Shown here one piece after another: positions 21,198 through 31,966 of a stretch of 64,000 bases of DNA. The DNA comes from Nitrosopumilaceae archaeon (GTDB lineage: Archaea > Thermoproteota > Nitrososphaeria > Nitrososphaerales > Nitrosopumilaceae): contig OZ242274.1 in the NCBI GenBank assembly GCA_965207375.1, positions 1,856,001 to 1,920,000 on the forward strand. Reading direction: 5' to 3'. The stretch's first letter is position 1. Each line of letters begins with the position of its first letter. The translations under genes and the position numbers were made by a program. Below the pieces are notes generated by a model, which was not told the DNA's origin, did not search any database, and worked only from the letters and a program-made list of their open reading frames with translations.

Positions 21198-21437
21198 ATG
21201 GCTCAAAATTTTGTTCGTATGAGCAGTATTGTGCAGATAGCAGCAATTGTTGCAATTGCCTTGGCAGGAGCTTATGTAGGGTATCATGCTTGGCAGGACT
21301 CACTTGATTCACAAGGTGTAGTACCGCATGGGGTTGATTTTGGGTACGATTCCCAAATAGATGGTACCATGTATAATTCTCAAGTTTCTAATCAACCCGA
21401 TCTGATCGCCTCTAGTTTTGCCCAAACAGTAATTTAA
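21198..21437 (+). CDS. Hypothetical membrane/secreted protein
   Basis: Hydrophobic N-terminal helix; fits the intergenic space. Confidence 0.55.
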   Translation: MAQNFVRMSSIVQIAAIVAIALAGAYVGYHAWQDSLDSQGVVPHGVDFGYDSQIDGTMYNSQVSNQPDLIASSFAQTVI

Positions 21438-21450
21438 TATTGTTAGACTA

Positions 21451-22110
21451 ATGGGCAAAATCAGAAATCAATTGCTTGCTATTTTTGATGTTGAAGGAGT
21501 ACTTTTTGATGCAGAGTATCTTCCAATTTTAGCTGAAAAGCTAAACAAGGAGGACGAAATATGGGAAATTACAAAAAAAGGAATTCAAGGTGCAATCAAC
21601 TGGGAGGAGGGTCTGCGCACCAGAGTTGATGCGTTACGCGGATTAGATTATAAAACGTGTCAGCAAGTAGCCGATGATTTGCCAATCATGACAGGTGCAG
21701 TAGAGGCATGCAAAGCACTCAAAACAGCAGGCTGGAAGATAATGGCAATATCAGGAGGATTTACAATCATGACAGACCGGTTAAAAGAAAGATTGGATTT
21801 GGATCATGTTTATTCAAATGAATTAATTTTCAAGGATGGAAAACTTGACGGCGTGACCATCAATGTTGATTCAGACAAGGCAAAGTCTGCCCGAAAAAAA
21901 ATTGAAGAATGGGGAATCAAAAAGGAGGACGTTGTAGTAGTAGTAGATGGTGCAAATGATTTGAAATTGTTTGATATTTGCGGATTAGGGATTGCATATA
22001 GGGCACAGGACAAAGTCAAAGATTTGGCAGATGCAGTGCTAGAGGAAAAAGATTTATCAAAAATCCTAAACATCATAGACATACACTACAACATGTCTGT
22101 TCAAGCATGA
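21451..22110 (+). CDS. serB: Phosphoserine phosphatase (HAD)
   Basis: FDVEG motif I variant, SGGF, DGAND. Confidence 0.9.
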   Translation: MGKIRNQLLAIFDVEGVLFDAEYLPILAEKLNKEDEIWEITKKGIQGAINWEEGLRTRVDALRGLDYKTCQQVADDLPIMTGAVEACKALKTAGWKIMAISGGFTIMTDRLKERLDLDHVYSNELIFKDGKLDGVTINVDSDKAKSARKKIEEWGIKKEDVVVVVDGANDLKLFDICGLGIAYRAQDKVKDLADAVLEEKDLSKILNIIDIHYNMSVQA

Positions 22111-22216
22111 ACCGACATCATAAAATTATGCATGAATTTGAGAGGATGTTTTTTCATATAGATAAACAGGGTATTTGCAGGTATACACATAACTTTTACC
22201 ACAGTTTAGAACAAAT

Positions 22217-22948
22217 ATGAGCCTACAAGTATTGCCCGTTTATTTTGATGAAGATATCAATTCAGGCACCGAACTTGTTTCTTTGATCCTCTCAAAAATA
22301 GATTTGGAGGAAAATGACATACTAGTTGTTTCGCAAAAAATTATCTCCAAACAGGAAGGAAGAATTGTGCATCTAGATTCAGTTACACCCTCGTTACTAG
22401 CTGAGGGAATTTCTGCTGAATATGACAAGGATCCGAGAATTGTAGAATTGATTCTTTGCGAATCTAAAAGAATTCTCAGAATGTACAAGGGCGTCATAAT
22501 TGTAGAGACTCATCACGGATTCATTTGCGCAAATGCAGGAATAGATCAAAGCAACGTAGAGCTTGGTAGTGCAACCCTGCTGCCAGTAAACTCGGATGCA
22601 TCTGCTCACAAATTAAAGCATCAAATTCTTGAAAAATCTGGTAAAAATGTAGCGGTCCTAATTTCGGACACCTTTGGCAGGCCATTTAGAATGGGACAGA
22701 CAGATTGTGCAATTGGGGCCTGTGGAATTAAAAGCATTGTAGATTATAAAGGAACATTAGACAGCATGAGACGCCAATTGCGTGTTTCTGAAATTGCCAT
22801 TGCCGATGAAATTTGTGCAGCAGCAGAACTAGTAAAGGGAAAATCCGATGGATGTCCGGTTGCCATTGTCAGAAATTTCAAATTCAATCCCGCAGATACT
22901 GCAATTAGTACCTTATTGCGTCAAGAGGATGAAGATCTGTTTAGATAA
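22217..22948 (+). CDS. cofE: Coenzyme F420-0:gamma-glutamyl ligase
   Basis: KIISKQEG, ANAGIDQSN, DTFGRPFR, DLFR terminus. Confidence 0.94.
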   Translation: MSLQVLPVYFDEDINSGTELVSLILSKIDLEENDILVVSQKIISKQEGRIVHLDSVTPSLLAEGISAEYDKDPRIVELILCESKRILRMYKGVIIVETHHGFICANAGIDQSNVELGSATLLPVNSDASAHKLKHQILEKSGKNVAVLISDTFGRPFRMGQTDCAIGACGIKSIVDYKGTLDSMRRQLRVSEIAIADEICAAAELVKGKSDGCPVAIVRNFKFNPADTAISTLLRQEDEDLFR

Positions 22949-22987
22949 TCCAATAGGATTATAATCTCACCGCCAGCATTTTATGCA

Positions 22988-23905
22988 TTGACAATTAAAG
23001 TAGAACTTCACTGTCACAATGTTTTTTCGAATTTTCACGTAGGACAAAAAGAGCCACCATACGATTGCAACGTTTCAATCAGAGATCAGTTAGAACGTGC
23101 ATTGGAATTGGGAATTAATTCTTTATTTGTGACCAATCACAATACTCTAGACGGTTATGCACAACTAAGAAATTATCAACAAGATCATGAAAAATTCAAA
23201 GACATTACTATTTTTCCAGCAGAGGAGGTCACCGTCGATACGGGGGCACATGTACTAGCCTATGGAATAACATCAGAGATAAAGTCAGGAATGACCATAG
23301 ATGAGACTCTAGATGAGATTAACAGACAGGACGGCATCTCGTCTGCACCACATCCGTTTAGCCTGCTTGATGCGTTACGAACTGATGCCCAAAAGTGTCA
23401 CATGATTGAGGTTTTTAACAGCAACAATATTGATGTGATTTCAAATGCCAAAGCCTCAGAATTTGCCTTGGAAAATAACATGACGCAGGTATCTGGAAGT
23501 GACTCTCATGTGCTATCTACTCTAGGCAGATGCGTAAATGTGATAGATGCTGAAAATAAGTTGGACAATGCATTGTTTGGAATGAGACATAATCAAATTC
23601 ACATAGAACAAACAGGCTATGCCAAACAAATCGAGACACTAGAGCATATCAAGTACAAAATAGACAACTCTAAAGACTATCTAGTACAATTTATCAAAGA
23701 GGAATATCCCAATGCCCAATGGTTTCTCTCTTTTTTGTTACGTATGTATAATTCAAATCAAAACAGCTATCTGTGGTCTATTTTGTACCGAGTTGCAATT
23801 CATCTGATGAAGAGGCTGTCCAAAAAAATCAATCATAACAATTTTGATCCCAATTTTATGAGAGATAGAAATCTGGGCACGATGTTTAAGATGGCAATTT
23901 CATAA
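22988..23905 (+). CDS. PHP-domain metal-dependent phosphoesterase
   Basis: LHCH, TNHN, PHP, GSDSH. Confidence 0.88.
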   Translation: MTIKVELHCHNVFSNFHVGQKEPPYDCNVSIRDQLERALELGINSLFVTNHNTLDGYAQLRNYQQDHEKFKDITIFPAEEVTVDTGAHVLAYGITSEIKSGMTIDETLDEINRQDGISSAPHPFSLLDALRTDAQKCHMIEVFNSNNIDVISNAKASEFALENNMTQVSGSDSHVLSTLGRCVNVIDAENKLDNALFGMRHNQIHIEQTGYAKQIETLEHIKYKIDNSKDYLVQFIKEEYPNAQWFLSFLLRMYNSNQNSYLWSILYRVAIHLMKRLSKKINHNNFDPNFMRDRNLGTMFKMAIS

Positions 23906-24118
23906 GAAAAAAAGTAACGGCTTAAGTGCCGTGTCTGAATCACATGTAACGATTAAATTTTGATATTTTACAAGGGTTACGAAAATCATATCTGTACCGG
24001 TAAACTCCATGTTAAAAATAGCCACAAAATCTGAAATCATCTGTGTTTTGTTAATCCAAGGCTGTCACGAGAATTCGTATAGATATTAATATGACAGAAC
24101 ATGTTTTTTGTGTGTACC

Positions 24119-24349
24119 ATGTCTGAAGCAAAAATATTAGATGCAACGGGACTGTTTTGTCCAGAGCCTGTCTTTCGAACTAAAATTGAGATTGAAAGAA
24201 TGCAGGTCGGGCAAACCATAACGGTAAAAGCCGATGATCCTGCTGCCGAGGACGACATTTCCAGATGGGTAACTAGAAACGGACACCAGCTTTTGGAAAT
24301 GAAAAAAGATGGTAACGTCATTACATTTTCAATCAAAAAGGTGAAATGA
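24119..24349 (+). CDS. TusA/SirA-family sulfur carrier
   Basis: LDATGLFCPEP, ADDP motifs. Confidence 0.92.
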   Translation: MSEAKILDATGLFCPEPVFRTKIEIERMQVGQTITVKADDPAAEDDISRWVTRNGHQLLEMKKDGNVITFSIKKVK

Positions 24350-24353
24350 GTAT

Positions 24354-25334
24354 ATGGGTAATGACCCAAATGTGTTGAATATAGGCAATACCCCGCTTGT
24401 CGAATTAAAATCGCTCTCAAATAACAATACAAAATATTTTGCAAAATTAGAAGGACATAATCCGTTTGGTTCTGTAAAGGACAGGGCAGCATATTGGATG
24501 ATAAAGGACGGAGAGGAGCAAGGAATTTTGAAAAAAAATCACAGCATCATCATAGAGCCAACATCAGGAAATACTGGAATTGCGTTGACCGGAATTGCAA
24601 ACAGATTAGGATACAAAGTTGAAATCGTGATTCCTCAACAGGCAAGTAACGAGACTAAAGACATTATTCGTTCATTAGGTGCCAAAGTTTTTGAAACTAG
24701 TGACGATCTGTGTCCAAAGGTGGGGGCAGGTACAGATCAAAGCATAGCACTTGCAACATCAATTGCATCATCTAGACCCGATACATACTATTCACCTAAC
24801 CAATATGCAAATGAGGCCAATTTTATGGGTCACTATAAAGGAACGGGTCCCGAAATATGGAAGCAGACAGAGGGTAAGGTAACTCATTTCTTTACAGGAG
24901 TGGGAACAGGCGGAACAATTACAGGTAATGGTGCATTTTTAAAAGAAAAAAGTGCAAATGTAAAAATTATAGGGTGCCAGCCACAGCAAAATCATCTGAT
25001 ACAGGGGTGGAGAAATTTTGAAGAATCTGCAAAGCCAGACTTGTTTTTAAAACGTGAGGAGTTAGTAGATGACTGGGTGTCAGTTACCAACGATGAGGCA
25101 TTTGGAATAGTCAAAGAGGTGTTTGAAAATGACGGGTTGCTAATCAGTCCCTCCTCTGCAGCCGTTTATGTATCTATGAAAAAATATACAATTGATGCAG
25201 GATGTGTGGTTGGAATATTTGCAGATGATGGGCGAAAATTCAAAAGCACATACGAGTCGCAGGGTACATTTACAGACAAAGAGTTTGAAGATGCACTAAA
25301 AAATGCACAATACATGTCGGAGCTAGCCTACTAG
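24354..25334 (+). CDS. PLP-dependent cysteine synthase family protein
   Basis: GNTPL, NPFGSVKDR, EPTSGNTG, GTGGT. Confidence 0.92.
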   Translation: MGNDPNVLNIGNTPLVELKSLSNNNTKYFAKLEGHNPFGSVKDRAAYWMIKDGEEQGILKKNHSIIIEPTSGNTGIALTGIANRLGYKVEIVIPQQASNETKDIIRSLGAKVFETSDDLCPKVGAGTDQSIALATSIASSRPDTYYSPNQYANEANFMGHYKGTGPEIWKQTEGKVTHFFTGVGTGGTITGNGAFLKEKSANVKIIGCQPQQNHLIQGWRNFEESAKPDLFLKREELVDDWVSVTNDEAFGIVKEVFENDGLLISPSSAAVYVSMKKYTIDAGCVVGIFADDGRKFKSTYESQGTFTDKEFEDALKNAQYMSELAY

Positions 25335-25338
25335 AATC

Positions 25339-26328
25339 TTAGTGTTCACTCAGGTATCTGTCTGTATCAATTGCTGCCATACAACCATAACCTGCAGCAG
25401 TAACTGCCTGTCTATATCTGTGATCGTGAACGTCTCCTGCAGAGAATACCCCCTCTATATTTGTCTGAGTATGATCTGTTAATTTGATGTACCCTTGTTC
25501 ATCTAAATCAATTTGGTTTACAAACAGGCTTGTGTTTGGAGTGTGTCCTATTGCAACAAATACACCGCCTGCCACAAGTGTGGAGGTCTTGCCATCTTTG
25601 ATGTTTTTTAAGACTACATTGTGAACCTTTTGATCTCCCATAATTTCCTCAATTACCGTATTGAGATGGAATCTGATTTTTTCATTGTCCAAAGCACGCT
25701 CATGCATTACTTTGCTTGCCCTCATTTGTTCGCGTCTGTGTACTATGTGCACCGTACTTGCAAACTTTGTAAGAAATGTGGCCTCCTCCATGGCCGAATC
25801 TCCTCCTCCTACGACTACGAGTTCCAGATTTCTAAAGAATGGACCATCACAGGTGGCACAATAAGATACCCCTTTGCCTGCATATTTTGTTTCAGATTCT
25901 AGACCTAGTTTCCGTGGACTTGCACCTGTTGCAATAATTACTGCCTTTGCTTCATATTCTTCTGATGCAGTAAGTACCTTAAACGGACGATGTCTGAAAT
26001 CCACATTGACTACCTCATCATCTACAATTGTAGTACCCATGCGAATTGTCTGTTCCCTCATGGTTAGCATCAAGTCAGGTCCCATGATGCCGTCTTTGAA
26101 GCCAGGATAGTTTTCTACATCAGTCGTGTTTACAAGCTGCCCACCTGGCAGAATTCCAGATAAAATCAAGGTATCATGTCGCGCCCTTGAACAGTATATG
26201 CCCGCAGTGTATCCTGCAGGACCTGCACCAATAATTATTACATCAAATTTTGTTTTTTTCTTGTCTGGTATTTTTGGACCGTCATCTTTGTTTTCTAAGA
26301 CCGTTGCACCAGCCGAATCTGCCATCAT
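25339..26328 (-). CDS. trxB: Thioredoxin reductase
   Basis: GAGPAG, SYCATCDG, GGGDSA, YRQAVTAAG. Confidence 0.96.
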   Translation of the reverse strand: MMADSAGATVLENKDDGPKIPDKKKTKFDVIIIGAGPAGYTAGIYCSRARHDTLILSGILPGGQLVNTTDVENYPGFKDGIMGPDLMLTMREQTIRMGTTIVDDEVVNVDFRHRPFKVLTASEEYEAKAVIIATGASPRKLGLESETKYAGKGVSYCATCDGPFFRNLELVVVGGGDSAMEEATFLTKFASTVHIVHRREQMRASKVMHERALDNEKIRFHLNTVIEEIMGDQKVHNVVLKNIKDGKTSTLVAGGVFVAIGHTPNTSLFVNQIDLDEQGYIKLTDHTQTNIEGVFSAGDVHDHRYRQAVTAAGYGCMAAIDTDRYLSEH

Positions 26329-26359
26329 GATAAGGCATTGTGTATTGGATTAATTTAAG

Positions 26360-27136
26360 TCATTCATCGGTTTTGCCACGTATAGATTCTAACATCCTAG
26401 AATGTTTATCGCATAATTTTCCAACCCCTAGTTGTGAATGCAACAGATCTTTTTGCCAGTGTGCATTAAATATCCTGCAATTTCTATCATTGCAAAATGC
26501 CTCACCAGACACATAATACAACAGCACCTGTAAAAAATATCCTTCAACTATAGTAGCAAGTCTTGCATCATGGTACTCTAGACAAGTGTCAGCATACTTT
26601 TGTTTTAAAGAATCAACACTTGTTCCTAGTCTAGAGTTTGTAATTAATTCCAAATAGTATTCACGGGGTTTTGCAGGCGCCTCAATTATTCCCGTCGTAG
26701 AAATTATTGATGGGTTTGATCCAATTACTGCCCTTGCATGATATCTATTGTCTGCATCATCATACGTACAGCACAGCTTATCTGTAAAAATTACATGAAA
26801 GATGTCTTGCGTTAATTCCTTTTTTGGGATAACATGCCCAAATACGTTTTGCAGTTCAATTCCATCATAGCATACAACATTTGGGTTGGCAACATCTATG
26901 TTTTTTTCCTCAAATTTGATTTGCTTGTGTGTAGGAATGTGTCTTACATATGGAGCATCTAATTTGAAGACTCTAGATGCGGCAATTGCTGCAAGAGTCT
27001 GTGGTTTGCCGAAATTTAAAATTGATTTGCGTCTTTGTGCTTTTAATCCAAAATTTTCTGCAAATGTAATTAAATTGTCTAGGTTTATTTCTGGAACCTG
27101 AGGTTCATCGTAGAAAATTATTTTTGAAATCTTCAT
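26360..27136 (-). CDS. Putative archaeal metallopeptidase-like protein (DUF6775-like)
   Basis: IIEAPAKPREYY and C-x4-C...NAHWQ...LC motifs. Confidence 0.7.
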   Translation of the reverse strand: MKISKIIFYDEPQVPEINLDNLITFAENFGLKAQRRKSILNFGKPQTLAAIAASRVFKLDAPYVRHIPTHKQIKFEEKNIDVANPNVVCYDGIELQNVFGHVIPKKELTQDIFHVIFTDKLCCTYDDADNRYHARAVIGSNPSIISTTGIIEAPAKPREYYLELITNSRLGTSVDSLKQKYADTCLEYHDARLATIVEGYFLQVLLYYVSGEAFCNDRNCRIFNAHWQKDLLHSQLGVGKLCDKHSRMLESIRGKTDE

Positions 27137-27146
27137 GTATTGTATG

Positions 27147-27965
27147 TTATCGTCCCAACTCTTCTACCTTTTCGGCTGCAATTTCTGCTGCGCGTTTACC
27201 AGAGTACAACATAGAACCAAAGGTCGGTCCCATACGTGGCAGTCCATGTGTTTCAGTTACCGACATTCCTGCTGCAATAAGACCCGGATATATCTGCCCC
27301 GTTTTGTAAACCACCTGGTCTTCGCCTGATTCAACATGCATAGGCTGCATGCCTCTCCATTCTGCTAGTCCCCTGTCTACGAGTCTTTTTACTGCAACAG
27401 AGTCGTGTCCTGATGCGTCAATTACGACCTTGGATTCCAAGGCCACCGGATCAACGCAGGTAATGTTTCTAGGCAGTGCAGAAACAGGCATCCAGTTAAC
27501 CACAATTCCTTCAACTCTGTTGTTTCTCAGTACCAGATCATCAAATTTTGTAAGATTTAGAAATTTTACGCCAGCATCACAGGCTCCTGCAATCAGTTTT
27601 GATACTGCGTGAGGTCCAGGAGTCAGATATAATCCATCTCCTACCTGTTTGTAAGGCACACCAAGCTCATCCCATATTTTTTGTGCGGGGGCCCTTACTG
27701 TAACTGGATTCATCATGTATCCGCCTAACCAATAGCCTCCACCGAGGTAATTGTTTTGTTCTACAACTAAAACCTTGTATCCGTTATTTGACAGATCTCT
27801 GCTTGCCGTAAGTCCTGCAGGGCCTGCACCTATAATAATAACATCAGAGCTTGCCCTGTCTATGAGCACTTTATGAAACTCGTCTGCAATAGCCCTTGTA
27901 ATTTCAACCTCCTTGACATCTGCAAAGATCTTTGTGTTTTTTTGTGCACTTATTGCCTCTTGCAT
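27147..27965 (-). CDS. thi4: Thiazole synthase Thi4 (Cys-containing type)
   Basis: GAGPAG, GGGYWLGG, ITCVDP, RMGPTFGSM. Confidence 0.94.
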   Translation of the reverse strand: MQEAISAQKNTKIFADVKEVEITRAIADEFHKVLIDRASSDVIIIGAGPAGLTASRDLSNNGYKVLVVEQNNYLGGGYWLGGYMMNPVTVRAPAQKIWDELGVPYKQVGDGLYLTPGPHAVSKLIAGACDAGVKFLNLTKFDDLVLRNNRVEGIVVNWMPVSALPRNITCVDPVALESKVVIDASGHDSVAVKRLVDRGLAEWRGMQPMHVESGEDQVVYKTGQIYPGLIAAGMSVTETHGLPRMGPTFGSMLYSGKRAAEIAAEKVEELGR

Positions 27966-28130
27966 GATAGATTTTGTTTCTGAAAGGCATTAAAACTTTC
28001 GCACACCAGATTACAAAATATGAACCTAACAGGTGTAAAATGGGCAAATTATGCCACTTGGAATGTATTGATAACCCAAAATTACTTTTTTCAAAAATTT
28101 ATAACCAAACTAAGGGAAGAATAACTAGAC

Positions 28131-29933
28131 GTGACTGCAAACCAAAAACAGGTAAATCGCGACCTGATGCCAAAAATTGACTGGTCCCAAGTAGAGGAGG
28201 CTGACAATTTTGCAAAAACGGTAAGATTATTCAGGGAGGGAAAATACAGTGAGGATAGCTTTAGACGATTCAGACTACAACATGGTGCCTATGGAACTAG
28301 AATGACTAGCGATTATGCCATGGTCAGAATAAAACTTCCTGCAGGCGAGGTTTATCCGCAACAGTTAGAAAAGATATCTCAGTTAAGCGAACAGTTTTCC
28401 ATAGGAAGTGCGCATATTTCCACCCGTGAAAACATTCAGCTTCATTGGGTCATTCTTGAGGATGTGTCTGAAATCTTTAGAGGTTTAGCAGATGTAGGAT
28501 TGACATCAAGGGAGGCATGTGGCAATTCGGTTAGAAATGTAATGTGCAGTCCCACATCAGGCGTATGTCCAAATGAAAAATTTGATGCAACACCATATGC
28601 ACTAGCTACGGCAAGATTCTTTTTGAGAAATCCCATGGCTCAAAATCTTCCTAGAAAATTCAAATTCAATTTTACCTGCTGTGAAAAACACGGAATGGCA
28701 AGGATGGTAGATGTAGGACTAATTCCCCAGGTAAAAGAGGTTGACGGAAAACTGCAACGTGGATTTAAGATATTTCTTGGCGGCGGATTGGGAAACAAGT
28801 CGTATGTAGGTCACGAGCTAGAAGACTTTACACCTCAAGAGGATTTGCTTTACACATCAATTGCAGTTGTTAGATTATTTGACAGAATGGGAGATAGGAA
28901 AAACCTTGCAAGAAACAGAATGCGCTATCTAGTGGCAGACATGGGATGGGATAACTTTAGAAATCTAGTTCTAAAAGAACGTGCAATAGTTCGCGCTACC
29001 CAGTCAGTTATAACCAAACTAGACGTTGATCTTGTAGAAAATGAAATTAAAAGACCTATTAGAATTTCAGACCAAAGCGGGGGAGCGGTACCAGATGGCT
29101 ATGCCAGATGGCTAAATACTAACACATTCAAACAAAAGCAGAACAGTTACAATACGATCTTTGTCGGATTGGAGGCAGGAGACATAACTGCGACACAATT
29201 GCACGCATTGGCAGATATCATAAGAGACTTTTCTGCAGAGACTATGGCACGAACAGGATTCAATCAAAATATTGCATTAAGATATGTTCATGATGAGGAC
29301 ATGCAGTCCCTTTATTCTGAATTGTTAAAAAACGGCCTTGCAAAATCAGGCGCACTTACAATGGCAACACCAATTGGGTGCTCTGGAACCACGTCCTGTA
29401 ACCTAGCACTTACCAATTCACACAGATTGGCCAAAGAGATTCAAAGAAAGTTCCTAGAGCTAAAACTAGATCAAGATGATGATCTAAGAGAGTCATCGAT
29501 TAAAATTAGTGGATGTCCAAACTCTTGTGGTCAGCACGGCATTGCCACAATTGGATTCTTTGGCGGCGGCGGACGGGTTGGAAAAGACATGTATCCAAAT
29601 TACATGATGTCGCTTGGTGGACGCTCCGATGGTGATACGATGCTTGGAGTAGGAGTTTTACGAATTCCTGCAAAAAGAGTGATTTTGGTAATTCTCAAGA
29701 TAATTGAAATATTTAGAGAAAATAAAAAACCTGCAGATACACTTGCTAGTTGGCTACATCGAGTAATAAACGGCAATGAAGACTCTGAAATTAAAACCCT
29801 CAATGACATAAAAAAAATCCTGACACCCCTTACAATTCCACCATCTATTACAGAAGAGCCTGACTTTTATGCCGACTATGGAACCGATGGAAGCTATCAC
29901 ACAAAGACTGGAAAGGGTGAATGTGCTGCTTGA
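28131..29933 (+). CDS. Ferredoxin-dependent sulfite (nitrite/sulfite) reductase
   Basis: RENIQLH, LPRKFK, CSGTTSC and GCPNSCG siroheme/4Fe-4S ligands. Confidence 0.92.
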   Translation: MTANQKQVNRDLMPKIDWSQVEEADNFAKTVRLFREGKYSEDSFRRFRLQHGAYGTRMTSDYAMVRIKLPAGEVYPQQLEKISQLSEQFSIGSAHISTRENIQLHWVILEDVSEIFRGLADVGLTSREACGNSVRNVMCSPTSGVCPNEKFDATPYALATARFFLRNPMAQNLPRKFKFNFTCCEKHGMARMVDVGLIPQVKEVDGKLQRGFKIFLGGGLGNKSYVGHELEDFTPQEDLLYTSIAVVRLFDRMGDRKNLARNRMRYLVADMGWDNFRNLVLKERAIVRATQSVITKLDVDLVENEIKRPIRISDQSGGAVPDGYARWLNTNTFKQKQNSYNTIFVGLEAGDITATQLHALADIIRDFSAETMARTGFNQNIALRYVHDEDMQSLYSELLKNGLAKSGALTMATPIGCSGTTSCNLALTNSHRLAKEIQRKFLELKLDQDDDLRESSIKISGCPNSCGQHGIATIGFFGGGGRVGKDMYPNYMMSLGGRSDGDTMLGVGVLRIPAKRVILVILKIIEIFRENKKPADTLASWLHRVINGNEDSEIKTLNDIKKILTPLTIPPSITEEPDFYADYGTDGSYHTKTGKGECAA

Positions 29934-30724
29934 GTTTTGCCAAAATCACAACAGATATTGATTCGTTAAGATCGGGAATTGGTGATAAAAGCGTACGTGT
30001 AATTGACGTTCGTCGCCAAGACGATTACAAACAAAATCACATTTCAACTGCAGTCAACCTGCCTCTGGGTGATTTGCTTGCAGATGATAGTCCCAAACGC
30101 GTTCTAAAAATGATACAATCAATTGGAATTGATGATGAGATGCCAGTGGTTGTTTACGATGATACATTTGGCGCTTTGGCCTCAAGGGTTGCATGGACAT
30201 TGGAATATTTAGGTCATTTAGACGTATCATTGCTTGAAACCACATATAGTAGATGGAAGACACTAGGTCTTGAAAGTGACAGTGTAATTCCACAGGTACA
30301 GACAATGGATCATTCCATGAATATACGGTCTGAAATTTTGGCAACATCAGATTATTTGGATGCTGCAAAGGAAAAAGAGGACACGATTCTAATTGACAAC
30401 CGAGAACGGCTAAATTATCTTGAACAGCACATTCCGGGGGCAATCAGCCTTCCATATAGAACCCTAGCAACACAGGATAAAATCCTCAGACCTCACGAGG
30501 ATATGAGGCGAATGTTGGAAAATCGAGGCATATCTGAGGGTTCTGAAATAATCACATATTGCGGAAGTGTAGGTACCCTGTCTGGACTTGCATATTATGC
30601 ATTAAAATCAGTAGGACTGTCAAATGTGAAATTATATGTTCGTTCCTTTAAAGAGTGGAAAGGTCTGCAAAAGCCTACTGAAAAACAGCCCGATGCAAAC
30701 TATTGGGATTTATCAGCAGAATAA
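29921..30724 (+). CDS. Tandem rhodanese sulfurtransferase
   Basis: Two rhodanese domains (IDVR...HI, IDNR...HIPGA, YCGS). Confidence 0.9.
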   Translation: MCCLSFAKITTDIDSLRSGIGDKSVRVIDVRRQDDYKQNHISTAVNLPLGDLLADDSPKRVLKMIQSIGIDDEMPVVVYDDTFGALASRVAWTLEYLGHLDVSLLETTYSRWKTLGLESDSVIPQVQTMDHSMNIRSEILATSDYLDAAKEKEDTILIDNRERLNYLEQHIPGAISLPYRTLATQDKILRPHEDMRRMLENRGISEGSEIITYCGSVGTLSGLAYYALKSVGLSNVKLYVRSFKEWKGLQKPTEKQPDANYWDLSAE

Positions 30725-31854
30725 CCCACCTGGTTTCGTAGTTGCTTGGTAACTACCACCTCTATATTATCAAACATTGTTAACATTTTTTGTTTGTTAT
30801 CTAAGAAAAATTCTTTACCCTTGTCGTCTAGTCGGATTTTCCACAACCGAATTTCTCTATGCTCCTCAAAGAATTGTTCGATCATTTGCTGGCCGCATTT
30901 TTTAGGATCAATGAACTCATCAAATTCTTTGGTAATTTTTTCAATCTCTTCTTCTTCTATTGAGGATTTGACATTTTGTATTGCCTGGCTTAACTCTTTG
31001 AGGTTTTTTACAGATGTTGGGAGTTGTTTTCTTCTAGTCAGTCCCAAAAATCCACGTTTTTCTTTTCCAACCTTGCTTGCTATCTCAGGTGACAAATCAT
31101 ACATTGGAATTCTATGAAAGCCCTCACGTTTCTCATGTTTTAGTAACAATCCTTTCTCTGTTAGTTTCAACAATGCCTCTTCTGTATCTGCCCTGTCTAG
31201 TAGGGTAGTCCATACAATAGAACCTATTGTGTGGTATCCCTGTCTTACACTTTCTAAAACTACCACCTCGACAATCCGTTTAAAGCCTTCTTCGATTCTT
31301 ACATTGACAAAGTCTTTGTCTTTTACGGCCTTTCTTGCATTTTTTACATCGATTTCAATTGAGCGCTTTAATGATTCAATTGACTCTGGAACTTGATTAA
31401 GTAGTGAAAGAAAACATGCCTTGTTGTACCAAGCCATTCCAAAACCAGAATCTGATTCAATTGCCTTTTCTGTAGCGTCTAGTGCTTTAGCATAATTTTT
31501 TTGTTCATAATGGATGAGTCCTTTAAGATTCCAAGCTTCGGCGTTTGTTACATCTATATCTAAAATTCTATCATATACCCTTAATGCTTCGGCATGGTCA
31601 TTTAGATGGAATCGTGCATAGCCCAATTTTAAAAGCGACTCTATATTTTTTGGTTCAATTCTTAATGCCTGCTCAAAAACGTCAATGGCATCTTCTAATT
31701 TTTCATCTGCCATAAGGTTGGTGCCTTTTTTGTATAGTCGTTTAAGGTTGTAGTGCGGATCAGCCAAGCTGGTTTTTTCTGCGACCTCCAGCTTTGGAAT
31801 TTCCTCAGGTTCTGGCTCCAATTCAGTATTTGTCTTCTTAAACGGTCTCTTCAT
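30700..31854 (-). CDS. Tetratricopeptide repeat protein
   Basis: Consecutive TPR motifs (AWNLKG, AWYNKAC). Confidence 0.88.
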   Translation of the reverse strand: MKRPFKKTNTELEPEPEEIPKLEVAEKTSLADPHYNLKRLYKKGTNLMADEKLEDAIDVFEQALRIEPKNIESLLKLGYARFHLNDHAEALRVYDRILDIDVTNAEAWNLKGLIHYEQKNYAKALDATEKAIESDSGFGMAWYNKACFLSLLNQVPESIESLKRSIEIDVKNARKAVKDKDFVNVRIEEGFKRIVEVVVLESVRQGYHTIGSIVWTTLLDRADTEEALLKLTEKGLLLKHEKREGFHRIPMYDLSPEIASKVGKEKRGFLGLTRRKQLPTSVKNLKELSQAIQNVKSSIEEEEIEKITKEFDEFIDPKKCGQQMIEQFFEEHREIRLWKIRLDDKGKEFFLDNKQKMLTMFDNIEVVVTKQLRNQVGYSADKSQ

Positions 31855-31966
31855 TACGCAGATTTGTGCTATTTTCTAGTTAAATACTCTTGCAGCGTTT
31901 TTTGGTCAGTATTAGGTACAGTATTAATGAAAATGCAAAAATACTTCATACTCAAAGAGACGAATA

